From Oscillospiraceae bacterium (GTDB lineage: Bacteria > Bacillota > Clostridia > Oscillospirales > CAG-272): a stretch of 64,000 nt of DNA. This document shows, piece after piece, positions 27,061 to 36,612 of the stretch. The DNA lies in contig SVSI01000008.1 in the NCBI GenBank assembly GCA_015064385.1, positions 728 through 64,727 of the forward strand. The letters run 5' to 3'. The position numbers and the translations under genes were made by a program. Position 1 is the stretch's first letter. Each line of letters opens with the position of its first letter. Under the pieces are notes generated by a model that saw only the letters and a list, made by a program, of their open reading frames with translations, was not told where the DNA came from and ran no database searches.

Positions 27061-28911
27061 TTAGTTCCAAGCGACTCCGTTTTTGTCGAGAGTTTGCTGT
27101 GTGGAGGACTCGGTAGTAATACTCGGAGAATTGTCGCCGAGTACGATAAGATACGCCGAAGAAAACGAGGCGGGCATCTTTACCGTTGCACTCGTTTCTC
27201 CGATACCTACAACAAGGAAACTGTCCTTTGAAAGTGAGATCTGCGTGTATTTTCCTACGTCTGTGAAATTCTGACAGCTTATGGCTTCGTTTGCCATTGA
27301 GCCGCGGGGCATTACGGCAACGACCGAGCCGCCGATATATGAGTAGCCCTGCTCCGAGTCAATAGCAGAGTTACCGCCCGAATTTGAGATCACAACCGTT
27401 TTTCCGCCCGAGAATACGATGCCGTTATAGGACGAGCGGCTGTTTGAGTCAATACCGTCTCCCGTGCAGTAAATATACAGCGTTCCGCCGCCGATTGTGA
27501 TAGCTGCTGCTGACGTCGATGTGGCGTTCACACCGTCGTCGGTAGCGTTTACCGAAACGTATCCGCCGAGGATACTTACGACTGCGCCCTCAATACCCTC
27601 GAAAGAATTGCTTACGCTGACCGTACCATCCGAAATCGAAAGCTTGCCGTCTGCGTGCAGACCGTCGTCGCAGGAATAAACGGTGATATTTCCCCCGTTT
27701 ACCGTTACGTTCCCGAGGGCGGATGCTCCGTTTTCAAGCGCTACGTCGCTACCTGCGTGAATTGAGTCGTCGTAAGATTTGATACTGACGTTTCCTGCAT
27801 TTATGAAAATTTCGTTAGATGCCTTGATGCCCTTGGTGGAATATGCTCCTTTGTTGGGATTTCCGCCTCCCATTCCTCCGCCCGGAAATCCGCCCATTCC
27901 ACCACCGGGGCGTCCACCCGGACGTCCTCCGGGGCCTTTTGTGAGATCTCCCGGCATATAGCCCGTATCCAAGGTGCTTGCGGCACTCTCTTTGGAGTAA
28001 TTGGAATATTTGTCCGTGTATATGCTTATCACGGTCGAGCTGTCGCTTACCGTTACGTTATAGGCGGCGTCGATTCCGTCGCGGGCGGAATAAAGTGTGT
28101 GCGTACCGCCGCTGACCGTGATGCTTCCGCGCTGGTTGCCCTTTTCGGAAATATCGCTGTTTGAGGTCTTTATACAGTCACCGCCCGAGGAAATCAGGGT
28201 AGTGTTGCCGCCTTCTATTTCGACGCTGTCGTTTCCCTTGAGAGAATTATCGGTGCAGGCAACGAGCAGAGTCAGATTCTTTATCTGAAGATCGTCCTTT
28301 GAGTGGATACCGTTGTTGTTTTCGGAGATAACTACGAGCTCTCCCTTACCCCCGATCTCAAGATCGACCTCGGAGTGTATCGCACCCGAAAAAAGTGTTT
28401 CGTCCGATTCGTCGATAGCGTTTCGCATATCGTAAATATAGTTTTTCGTGTCTTTTTTCGCTTTTATCGCAACCTCGTCGCCGCTTTTTACGGTTATTGG
28501 ATTTACCGTGCTTGACACAAGAGAAAATCCGTGAAGCTCGAGATCGAATTTATATGAGTCCCCGACGTCAATTACGATGTTTCCGCCGAGCGTTCCGGAG
28601 ACAGAATATACCGTTTCCTCGGAAATTTTTCCGAAGGTCAGGGTAGTGCCGTTTAACGTGTAAGCGTTTGGCGTTCCCGAAATGCACTCTACTTTAATAT
28701 CAGCCGAGCTTTCCTCAAAATATCCGTCGTAAGCACCGAGAGAGTCAAGCGACTCGCCAAAGGTTTTGCCGTCGTCTCCGAGATCGGCGACCTCACCCTG
28801 CACGGCGCCTTCGCTGTTGTCGGGATTGCCGAGATTTTCCTGATTTTTGTTTTTGCACCCCGTAAGAAGAAAAAGAGCGCAGAGTAAAAGAGATAAAAAT
28901 CTTGTTTTCAT
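27061..28911 (-). CDS. Lipoprotein of the Cthe_2159-like beta-helix carbohydrate-binding family
   Basis: Lipobox LLTGC. There are about 10 iterations of a roughly 22-25 aa coil carrying D(D/G)(G/S)I(H/D/N)A/S motifs (DGIHSKDDL, RDGIDAAYN, DDSIHAGSD, DDGLHADGK, DDGVNATS, GDGIDSNS). A Gly/Pro/Met tract is inserted at nt 27847-27939. Confidence 0.6.
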   Translation of the reverse strand: MKTRFLSLLLCALFLLTGCKNKNQENLGNPDNSEGAVQGEVADLGDDGKTFGESLDSLGAYDGYFEESSADIKVECISGTPNAYTLNGTTLTFGKISEETVYSVSGTLGGNIVIDVGDSYKFDLELHGFSLVSSTVNPITVKSGDEVAIKAKKDTKNYIYDMRNAIDESDETLFSGAIHSEVDLEIGGKGELVVISENNNGIHSKDDLQIKNLTLLVACTDNSLKGNDSVEIEGGNTTLISSGGDCIKTSNSDISEKGNQRGSITVSGGTHTLYSARDGIDAAYNVTVSDSSTVISIYTDKYSNYSKESAASTLDTGYMPGDLTKGPGGRPGGRPGGGMGGFPGGGMGGGNPNKGAYSTKGIKASNEIFINAGNVSIKSYDDSIHAGSDVALENGASALGNVTVNGGNITVYSCDDGLHADGKLSISDGTVSVSNSFEGIEGAVVSILGGYVSVNATDDGVNATSTSAAAITIGGGTLYIYCTGDGIDSNSRSSYNGIVFSGGKTVVISNSGGNSAIDSEQGYSYIGGSVVAVMPRGSMANEAISCQNFTDVGKYTQISLSKDSFLVVGIGETSATVKMPASFSSAYLIVLGDNSPSITTESSTQQTLDKNGVAWN

Positions 28912-29010
28912 AACCTCTCCTTTTTGAAATACCGTCCGAAAATCTTCATTAAATTATATAAGAATTATATATCGGCGCGCTAAAGACAGACTAAAGAATT
29001 TGAAAAAAAC

Positions 29011-29040
29011 ATAAAAGCCGCAGAGAGCTTTCTGCGACTT
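29011..29040 (-). terminator. Intrinsic terminator after the CBM9-like gene
   Basis: CGCAGA-GAGCTT-TCTGCG stem-loop flanked by A/T runs, immediately 3' of the stop at 29047. Confidence 0.5.
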
Positions 29041-29046
29041 TTTCTT

Positions 29047-29676
29047 TTATTTCGTGATCACGATCTCTCCGAAATATTCGGGACGGTGAAAATCGGGCGC
29101 GGGAGCAACGATTGGCGCCCACGAGCCGAACGGTGCGTTCGCGTTTTCGTCGCATTTGTAGAAATTTCCCATCATTACCGTGTTTTCGTTTATGTCTGAA
29201 AGACCGAAAACCTTCTTGAGGTCCCCCTCAGGGACGAATACGAGCACCTCCCAGCCGTCACTACCGATATTTACTTTAACAGGGAAGCGTTCAATTCCGA
29301 GCTCGCTGAGGAACACGCGTCCGTGCCTGCCCGCGCCAAAGCTCATAAAGGTGACTCCGAGACTGTTTGATTCTATGTTGAGATAGTGAATATCGCTTGA
29401 ACCTTTGTCGCGCATACCGAAGAAAAACTCCATACAGCTATCCATACATACCATACCGTCAAGCTGTGTTTCTTTGGAAACGGGATCCTTTTCCTCGCAG
29501 AAAAGGCGTATGTAAAGTCCCGTCTTACTGTCACCCGTTTTTGCGTACGCAAGCTGACCGTACGTTTTGTACGCACGCTCTGCGCCGCCCCATACGTAAG
29601 AGTCAACGTCCGCGCGGGCAATATCCGACCAGTCGGTGGGATCGTTTTGGATTATTTTAAGTTCATACTGCTTCAT
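29047..29676 (-). CDS. Small cytoplasmic protein, possibly CBM9-like carbohydrate-binding fold
   Basis: 209 aa with no signal peptide. A family resemblance recalled from similar Clostridia proteins (…YIRLFCEE…MDSCMEFFF…). Weak assignment. Confidence 0.35.
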   Translation of the reverse strand: MKQYELKIIQNDPTDWSDIARADVDSYVWGGAERAYKTYGQLAYAKTGDSKTGLYIRLFCEEKDPVSKETQLDGMVCMDSCMEFFFGMRDKGSSDIHYLNIESNSLGVTFMSFGAGRHGRVFLSELGIERFPVKVNIGSDGWEVLVFVPEGDLKKVFGLSDINENTVMMGNFYKCDENANAPFGSWAPIVAPAPDFHRPEYFGEIVITK

Positions 29677-29693
29677 AATTTGATTTCCTTAAT

Positions 29694-31022
29694 TTAATAT
29701 CCGAAATTTTTCTTTTTTGCTACCATAAATATGGCAGATACCGCCACCGCCATTGCTTCGGCAACGATTATGGATATCCATATTCCGTCGAGCTCCCAGA
29801 TAAGGGGAAGAAGCATTACGGCGGCTATTTGAAATACGAGAGTACGAAGGAAAGATATTATAGCCGAGGTGAGACCGTCGTTAAGAGCGGTGAAAAATCC
29901 CGAGCTGAATATCGCAAATCCTGCAAACAGAAATGACGACGAGAAGGTCTTAAATCCGTGCAGAGTCATTTCAAAAAGCTCTCGGTCGTATCCCACGAAA
30001 AGTGTCGAAAGGGGACGCGCGAGCGCGAGAGACAGCGCGAGCATCGAGACGGCGGCAACCGAGACGATAGCGAGACTTTTCTTGAGAAGTCCTCGCAGTT
30101 CACCGTGATTTTGTGCGCCGAAATGGTATCCGATTATCGGAGCTGTTCCTATTGAATATCCGATAAATATCGAGATAAACACGAAATTAACGTACATCAT
30201 AACTCCGTACGCCGCAATTCCGTTTTCGCCCGCGTATTTCAGAAGCTGAACGTTATAGAGCATCGAGACCAGCGACATTGAAATGTTGCTCATAAGCTCG
30301 GACGAGCCGTTTGCACACGTTTTAAGAAGTGCGGACGAGTCGAATCTTGTCTTGCCGAGACGAAGCGGACTGCTGTTTTTCCTCGAAAAATATATTATGG
30401 GAAAAACTCCGCCGACGATCTGGCTGATCGCGGTAGCAAGAGCCGCACCGATGAGTCCGAGAGGAATGACCGCAACCAGCAGTGCATCGAGCACCATATT
30501 GGTTACTCCTGAGGTGACTGTTGCAATAAGTCCGAGACCGGGCTTCTCGGCGGTGACGAAAAAGCTCTGAAAAGCCATTTGCAAGATGAAGGCGGGCATA
30601 GCGACAAGAATTATTCTTCCGTACAGAACGCAGTCACTAAGGAGCCGTCCTTCGGCTCCAAGCAGTATCGCGGCAGGGCGAAGAAGGAGCTGTCCGAGAA
30701 GAGTTATAGCGATGCCCGATATAAGTGCGGAATATACCAGCAGAGAGAATATTTCGTTTGCTTTTTTGTTTTCACCCTCGCCCATCGTCTTTGAAACGAG
30801 GGCGCTTCCTCCCGCACCGAACATAAATCCGAGCGTTCCGAGGATCATAAGAAAGGGATATATGAAATTTACCGCCGCAAAGGGTGTTTTTCCAGCGAAA
30901 TTGGAAACGAAAAATCCGTCAACGACTCCGTAGATAGATGTAAATACCATCATTATTATGGACGGAAGGGTAAAGCGCAGGAGCCGTTTGACGGTAAAGT
31001 GGTCGGAAAGCTGAATAGTCAT
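29694..31022 (-). CDS. MATE-family efflux transporter
   Basis: 442 aa with 12 TM segments. The N-terminal LLRFTLPSIIMMVFTSIYGVVDGFFVSNF is typical of MATE. Its start overlaps the upstream gene's stop (ATGA at 31019-31022). Confidence 0.8.
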   Translation of the reverse strand: MTIQLSDHFTVKRLLRFTLPSIIMMVFTSIYGVVDGFFVSNFAGKTPFAAVNFIYPFLMILGTLGFMFGAGGSALVSKTMGEGENKKANEIFSLLVYSALISGIAITLLGQLLLRPAAILLGAEGRLLSDCVLYGRIILVAMPAFILQMAFQSFFVTAEKPGLGLIATVTSGVTNMVLDALLVAVIPLGLIGAALATAISQIVGGVFPIIYFSRKNSSPLRLGKTRFDSSALLKTCANGSSELMSNISMSLVSMLYNVQLLKYAGENGIAAYGVMMYVNFVFISIFIGYSIGTAPIIGYHFGAQNHGELRGLLKKSLAIVSVAAVSMLALSLALARPLSTLFVGYDRELFEMTLHGFKTFSSSFLFAGFAIFSSGFFTALNDGLTSAIISFLRTLVFQIAAVMLLPLIWELDGIWISIIVAEAMAVAVSAIFMVAKKKNFGY

Positions 31023-31957
31023 TTGTTTTCTCCGTTTGCCGCGCTGCTTTCAGCGGCGGCAGCCAAATGTGAATAAAGTCCGTCAAAATCCTCACAGGTG
31101 ACGAGATAGATCATTTCGGAAAATACGCCGCTATCGTTGTGAACGAGCGCGTAGATAAATTCCTCGGTCTCGCCGAGACCGAATTTTATTTTAATTTCCT
31201 TCGAGTTTTTAAGCGTGATGCTTACGAGTATGCTCTCGCTTTCGGAGAGTCCGTATATCGAAAAATTTTCCTTTCCGAAATCAACGGCACGCTCGGGAGA
31301 GAGCGAGGAGAGCGCATTTGCGAGCTTTTCGTTCTCCGAAACGCTTTGCAAAAGCGAAAAGCTACCGCATACCGTTTCAAAGGAGACTATCTCTTCTTCC
31401 GATATGATAGGGAAGGTGTCGGTAGAAAGACAGTCTGTAAGATCGTTTGAAAAGCTCTCTACCAAGGTGTCCTCGGCAAGATAGACGGTGTGGGAGCCCT
31501 CGCGCATCATATAGCGAAGTCCCTTTGACTTTATAAGATCCCCGAAAAGATAGCACTTTTCTCCGTGATCGGACGAGAGCTTCAGCTTGTACGAGGGCGA
31601 GTCCAGACCGTACTGCGAAAGCTCGTCTTGTGACACGTCCTCGCTGATAATTTTCGTTGCAAGGACGGTCTTTGTGCTCTCAAGCATTTTTTCGATAATA
31701 TTTTCGTTTACGGGCAGAGTACCGTTTTTAGAGTATTTCCAAGCGCCGCTCTCGTTTTTCTCAAACGAAAGGTCAAACTCTCCGCCGACAAAGGAGAAGG
31801 ACGAGATCTTAGATATATCGTTTTGATCAACGTATAAATAGACGTCCTCGTTTGCGCCTTCGCCGTCTTTGTCAGAAATATTCGAGATTATAAAATAAAG
31901 GGCAAATACGGCAACGCACAGCGCGAGCGCAATGAAAACGGCAGTTGTCTTTTTCAA
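31019..31957 (-). CDS. DUF4340-like membrane-anchored protein (partner of GldG-type ABC systems)
   Basis: 312 aa with one N-terminal TM segment. It sits directly downstream of the GldG-like gene, as in other ABC/GldG/DUF4340 operons. Confidence 0.5.
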   Translation of the reverse strand: MKKTTAVFIALALCVAVFALYFIISNISDKDGEGANEDVYLYVDQNDISKISSFSFVGGEFDLSFEKNESGAWKYSKNGTLPVNENIIEKMLESTKTVLATKIISEDVSQDELSQYGLDSPSYKLKLSSDHGEKCYLFGDLIKSKGLRYMMREGSHTVYLAEDTLVESFSNDLTDCLSTDTFPIISEEEIVSFETVCGSFSLLQSVSENEKLANALSSLSPERAVDFGKENFSIYGLSESESILVSITLKNSKEIKIKFGLGETEEFIYALVHNDSGVFSEMIYLVTCEDFDGLYSHLAAAAESSAANGENK

Positions 31958-31958
31958 A

Positions 31959-33449
31959 TCACGACCTCTTTCTGCGCGCTACTCGGACGGCACCTACGAT
32001 AAGCACCGCGCCGGGTATCACCGCGATAAGAATTACAGCCCAGAAGCCCGCCTGTCCCGCGCTCAGTGTGAGAACGTCCTGCTCGACCGCCTTAGACGCG
32101 AAAATTGCCGTCTGCTTGTCGCAAAGCGAGGAGGCAATGGCGTTGAAGTGGATATAGTTTCCTCCGCCCACGACGTCGGAATCCTCCTTTGTCAGCATAT
32201 AAGGGCAGGCAAACCAGACGATCTCTCCGCCGTTTTCCTTAAGGGCGGATACTGCAAAAGAAAACTTTCCTTCTTCGCTCTTTTCGCTCTTACCGTCCAC
32301 TTCAAACTCGTAGTACGCAGAGGACGTTGTAGTTAAAAGATGGGTGTAGGTGACGCCTTCAAGCTCGGCGCTTGTGTTTATCGGGTGAGCTGAGCGGGCA
32401 AGGAAATAGTAGTTATCCACGCCGTAAAGATTTGCAAGCGATGATATATCGGGAAGAAGAGAATTCGGGTATCCCGACTGATAATATTCGGTATTTGTCT
32501 CAAAAAGCTCGCTGTTTTGCGCCGAAAGTCCGTACTTTTCAAGGACGGCAAGGAGATTTTTGAGAGATGTGACCTTGGTATAATCGGTTATAACGAGAAG
32601 CTTTCCGCCTTTTGCAAGGTGAGCTTCAAGCAGAGCCGCTTCGGACTCCGTTATATCGTTTGCGGGCGAGTTCATTACGATAACTCCCGCATCGCTTGGT
32701 ATCTCCGCGTCAAGCTTCAGCGCCTCTGCGGGAAGGTTTGAGAGCTCAAGCATCTCATAAAGGGATTCACTTATAGGGGTCTCGCCGTGCAGGGAGGTAA
32801 AATAGACCTTAGGCAGCTTTGCGGGATCGGTGAGGACGTAGTCGATAGCCGAGATAAGAGAGGTCTCACCGTTAAAGCGCTGCTCGTAGTAGGCGTAGCC
32901 ACTGTTGAAATAATCGCTCATCGACTCATAGACCGAGATGAATTCTCTGTACGGATATTCGCCGTACGAAAGATATTCGCCCGCGTCTGCGTCGATAACG
33001 AAGACCTCGTAGCTGTACAGGGTATTAGGGTCGATTATCTTTACGGAATCGTAGGTTTCTCCGCTGACTATGACCGTATTGTTTGAAAGCTCGTCGGGAG
33101 ACTCACCCGTCAGCTTTTCAAGAAAAGATCTCTTGACCGTGGGATCGACTTTAGTCAGAGATATACGCGAGTCGAGCGCACAGAGACGGGAGAGAAATTC
33201 GGAAAGGGAGACGTCCTCCATGCCCGATTCGGCAACGAGATAGACGTCGATATTTCCGCTAAGATTTTTTGCAAGATATTCTTTTGCCTCGTTAGAGATC
33301 TGTGACAGACGCTCTGTCGAGAGATCGGTGCGTCTGATGTTTTCGGGAATAAGTCCGAAAAGAAGATTTATTCCGACCGCAATGAGGAGAACGAGTGCGA
33401 TCATTAGGGCTCCGAGCGCTCCGTACGAGCTTTGATTTCTTTTATTCAT
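31959..33449 (-). CDS. GldG-like accessory protein of an ABC-2 transporter
   Basis: 496 aa with TM helices at both the N- and C-termini around a large extracytoplasmic domain, placed after the ABC-2 permease. Confidence 0.65.
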   Translation of the reverse strand: MNKRNQSSYGALGALMIALVLLIAVGINLLFGLIPENIRRTDLSTERLSQISNEAKEYLAKNLSGNIDVYLVAESGMEDVSLSEFLSRLCALDSRISLTKVDPTVKRSFLEKLTGESPDELSNNTVIVSGETYDSVKIIDPNTLYSYEVFVIDADAGEYLSYGEYPYREFISVYESMSDYFNSGYAYYEQRFNGETSLISAIDYVLTDPAKLPKVYFTSLHGETPISESLYEMLELSNLPAEALKLDAEIPSDAGVIVMNSPANDITESEAALLEAHLAKGGKLLVITDYTKVTSLKNLLAVLEKYGLSAQNSELFETNTEYYQSGYPNSLLPDISSLANLYGVDNYYFLARSAHPINTSAELEGVTYTHLLTTTSSAYYEFEVDGKSEKSEEGKFSFAVSALKENGGEIVWFACPYMLTKEDSDVVGGGNYIHFNAIASSLCDKQTAIFASKAVEQDVLTLSAGQAGFWAVILIAVIPGAVLIVGAVRVARRKRS

Positions 33450-33461
33450 ACCGCACCTCCT

Positions 33462-34328
33462 TTAACCGAGACGTGCCTTTTCGGACGCTTCGTGTGCAAA
33501 ATACACGAAAACGGCGGACACGGTGATAAAATACAGTATGGACGAGAGATCAAGTATCGCAGAGGATGCAAACGCTTCAAATCTGCTCGTTACGGCAAGG
33601 CAGGAAAGCACCTTTGCTACCGATCCCTCGAGTATTTCGGGGGTTATAAAATAGATAGCAAGCAGTATTATCTCGCTCACGGCTCCGCAGGAAAGAGCAA
33701 GCGTTTCGTTTGACGAGAGCTTGTATATTATAAACGCTGCCGCGATAATGATTATTGAAAATACCGCAAGAGCTCCGAGAGCGCTCGTTGGAAGAAGCAT
33801 CGAGAGCGTAGGCATAAAGTAAACGAGAAGCATAGCTCCGAAGCAGAGAAGGGCGGATACCACCGGGCTGTCGGTCATAGAGGAAATAAAAAGTCCGATA
33901 GCGGCAAGAGCACATCCGCACAGAAAAAGTGCGAGCGTTCCAAAGAGCGCGGCAAGCACGTTCACCTTTCCGTAAAGGGAAAGTATCAGAGTATATGAGA
34001 ATATTACCGCGCTCGGTATAAGTATCATAGTAACTACCGCAAAGTATTTACCGAGTATATAGTCGCGTGTGCGAAGAGGAAGAGCACGCAAAAGAAGAAA
34101 GGATCCGCTGCGCTTTTCTTCGGACATTATTTTCATAGTCAGTATCGGTATGGCGATAAGATACACGAACACCGTGACCGAGTAGGACGCTTCTATCGAC
34201 GAGTTTCCCACGAAGAGATTCGTGACCGTTACGAATATTCCCGCAAACAGAAGGAAGAAAGCGGTCGAAATATATCCCGTAAAGCCGTCGAAAAAGCTTT
34301 TCATTTCACGTTTGTAAACGGCAAGCAT
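33462..34328 (-). CDS. ABC-2 type permease (GldF-like)
   Basis: Six TM segments. Start moved to MLAVYKREMKSF (ATG 34328, with AAAGGAA 7 nt upstream). The longer ORF-track start would overlap the ATPase tail. Confidence 0.75.
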   Translation of the reverse strand: MLAVYKREMKSFFDGFTGYISTAFFLLFAGIFVTVTNLFVGNSSIEASYSVTVFVYLIAIPILTMKIMSEEKRSGSFLLLRALPLRTRDYILGKYFAVVTMILIPSAVIFSYTLILSLYGKVNVLAALFGTLALFLCGCALAAIGLFISSMTDSPVVSALLCFGAMLLVYFMPTLSMLLPTSALGALAVFSIIIIAAAFIIYKLSSNETLALSCGAVSEIILLAIYFITPEILEGSVAKVLSCLAVTSRFEAFASSAILDLSSILYFITVSAVFVYFAHEASEKARLG

Positions 34329-34350
34329 ATCAAAATTCCTTTCTTTTTCG

Positions 34351-35436
34351 TTATCTGCGGCCGAAAAGCGGACGGTACGAGTCGTCGTCATCGCTCTCGT
34401 CCGTATCGGTTTCGTTTTTGGTGCTTTTTATACTTTTTTTGAGAAATTCCCGGATCGAGGGTGCTTTTTCGTTCTTGTCGCCGTCCTTTGGTTCTGTTTC
34501 CTTGTCTTCCTCGTTTTCGGTGGCGAGCAGGAAGAGATCCTCAAGGTGCGGCTTTTGAAGGTTTATGGTAAGCACCGCTGCTTTTGCTCTCGCGAATGCA
34601 AAAAATATCTTTTCGCGCAGATCGGTCTCACCCTTTATCTCAACGGACGCCTTGCAGATACCGTTCTCGATCTCCTCGAGCGAGACCTTGCCTATCGATC
34701 CGACGGTCTTAAGTATCTCGAGCGTTTTTTCTGCGGACGCCTTGACCTCAAGCTCAAGAGTGTCGGGACCGAGAAGCTCGCGTCTTAACGCATCGGGGCT
34801 TCCGCAAGCAATGAGCTTTCCGTTTGATATTATGATGATTCGGTCACACATCTCCTCGATCTCCGAGAGGATATGGCTCGATATTATGACGGTATGCTCG
34901 GGGGAAAGAGAGGATATGAGCTCTCTTATCTCTATTATCTGCTTGGGATCAAGTCCCGCCGTCGGCTCGTCAAGGACGATTATCCTCGGATTGCCGATAA
35001 GCGCCTGCGCGATTCCGACTCTCTGCCGGTATCCCTTCGAGAGATTTTTTATAAGGCGATTTGAAACGTGCTCTATACCCGTTTTCTCCATTACGCTCTC
35101 TATATGTGCGTCGGTGTCGCCCGTGAATTTTCTCGCAGCCGCTACGAATTTAAGATATTCGCTAACCGTCATATCAACGTAAAGGGGAGGTATCTCGGGA
35201 AGGTATCCGACGTTTGCCTTTGCCTTTTCGCTGTGCGATGCAATATCGTACCCGCAGATTCTTACACTGCCAAAGCTTGGTGCAAGACAGCCGGTGATTA
35301 TATTCATAGTAGTGGATTTTCCCGCGCCGTTGGCGCCGAGCAGTCCGTACACGTGTCCGCTCTCGATCTTGAAGGAAACGTCCTTCAAGGCGATAGTGTC
35401 GCCGTATTTTTTGGTCAGGTTTTTTACTTCTATCAA
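34351..35436 (-). CDS. ABC transporter ATP-binding protein with a long acidic C-terminal tail
   Basis: Walker A GANGAGKST, signature LSKGYRQR, Walker B IIVLDEPTAGLD. The last ~60 aa are a charged low-complexity region (..TDTDESDDDDSYRPLFGRR). Confidence 0.92.
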   Translation of the reverse strand: MIEVKNLTKKYGDTIALKDVSFKIESGHVYGLLGANGAGKSTTMNIITGCLAPSFGSVRICGYDIASHSEKAKANVGYLPEIPPLYVDMTVSEYLKFVAAARKFTGDTDAHIESVMEKTGIEHVSNRLIKNLSKGYRQRVGIAQALIGNPRIIVLDEPTAGLDPKQIIEIRELISSLSPEHTVIISSHILSEIEEMCDRIIIISNGKLIACGSPDALRRELLGPDTLELEVKASAEKTLEILKTVGSIGKVSLEEIENGICKASVEIKGETDLREKIFFAFARAKAAVLTINLQKPHLEDLFLLATENEEDKETEPKDGDKNEKAPSIREFLKKSIKSTKNETDTDESDDDDSYRPLFGRR

Positions 35437-35644
35437 GGTGTACAGATCCTTTCAAAATATTATACCAAGTATATTATATAGAGATTAAGAAGCGAAACTA
35501 TGAATTAAATGTAAACATTTGCCTTACGACGTGCATTTGATAAAATAATACGCTATAATGAAAAAAAGGGTTTTTTGAAAAAAATGCGTATATTATATAT
35601 GTACACTTGACATAAAATGCCGAAAAAGGTCCGGAGGTAATTGT

Positions 35645-36577
35645 ATGAAACCGATAAAGCTCATTCTTGATACTGACGTTGGCAGTGACTGCGACGATAT
35701 GATGGCAATATCTTATATGATAGCCGCCGAGAAAAAGGGACTCGTAGATCCCCTTGCGATAACGATTTCTCACCCCGCTCCTTATGCGGCGGCTGGAATT
35801 CGCGGTCTGTACCGCTCGTACGGTGCAAGCGCACCCGTTATGGGACAGATGTCCAAAGAAACTCCGCGAGGCGACTGGTACGGTCAAAAGATATATGAAA
35901 AATTCGGAAAGGAATGTGATCTTGCCCCCGTAGAGGACGCGGTCACTCTTCTCAGAAAAACGCTTGCCGAATCCGACGGAGATATAACTCTCTGCGCGAT
36001 AGGACCGCTCAATAATATGACCGATCTGCTTGAAAGCAAAGGTGACGGTATAAGTCCTCTGTGCGGCGTTGATCTCGTGAGAGAAAAATGCAGCAAGGTC
36101 GTGCTTATGGCAGGCGGATTCGTTCCCGACGAGGACGGAAAGAACCGCCCCGAATGGAACGTAAAGGTCTGCACCGAAAGCTCACGGAGATTCTTTGAGC
36201 TTTGCGAAAACGAGGTCTATATGCTTCCGTGGGAGGCGGCACATACTATGATAACCGGAAAGCGCGCGGTCAAGGAGCTTGGAGACAGCACACCGCTCAC
36301 TCTTTCGTTTATAAATTTCCACGGCTCGGAGGGACGCTCGTCCTGGGATCCCGCAACGCTTCTTTGGGCTCTTGAGGGGAACCGAGATCTGTTCACTCTT
36401 ACCGAGGCGGGAAGGGTCACCGTTGACGAGATCGCAAGAACCGAGTTTACTCCCGATAAAAACGGCAATTGCCGCATTATCGGAATAAATCAGCTTGAAA
36501 ACGAGAGCTTTACGGATGCACAGGCAAGAGTTGCGGCGTACATAGACGATGCCGTCTATCCGCTGCTTGGGATCTGA
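35645..36577 (+). CDS. Nucleoside hydrolase-like protein (IU-NH fold)
   Basis: The N-terminal LILDTDVGSDCDDMMAI matches the DTDxxxDD calcium/ribose-binding fingerprint. Confidence 0.7.
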   Translation: MKPIKLILDTDVGSDCDDMMAISYMIAAEKKGLVDPLAITISHPAPYAAAGIRGLYRSYGASAPVMGQMSKETPRGDWYGQKIYEKFGKECDLAPVEDAVTLLRKTLAESDGDITLCAIGPLNNMTDLLESKGDGISPLCGVDLVREKCSKVVLMAGGFVPDEDGKNRPEWNVKVCTESSRRFFELCENEVYMLPWEAAHTMITGKRAVKELGDSTPLTLSFINFHGSEGRSSWDPATLLWALEGNRDLFTLTEAGRVTVDEIARTEFTPDKNGNCRIIGINQLENESFTDAQARVAAYIDDAVYPLLGI

Positions 36578-36612
36578 AAATAAATTCTGAAATGCTTTGA
36601 AAGGAGAAAGAT

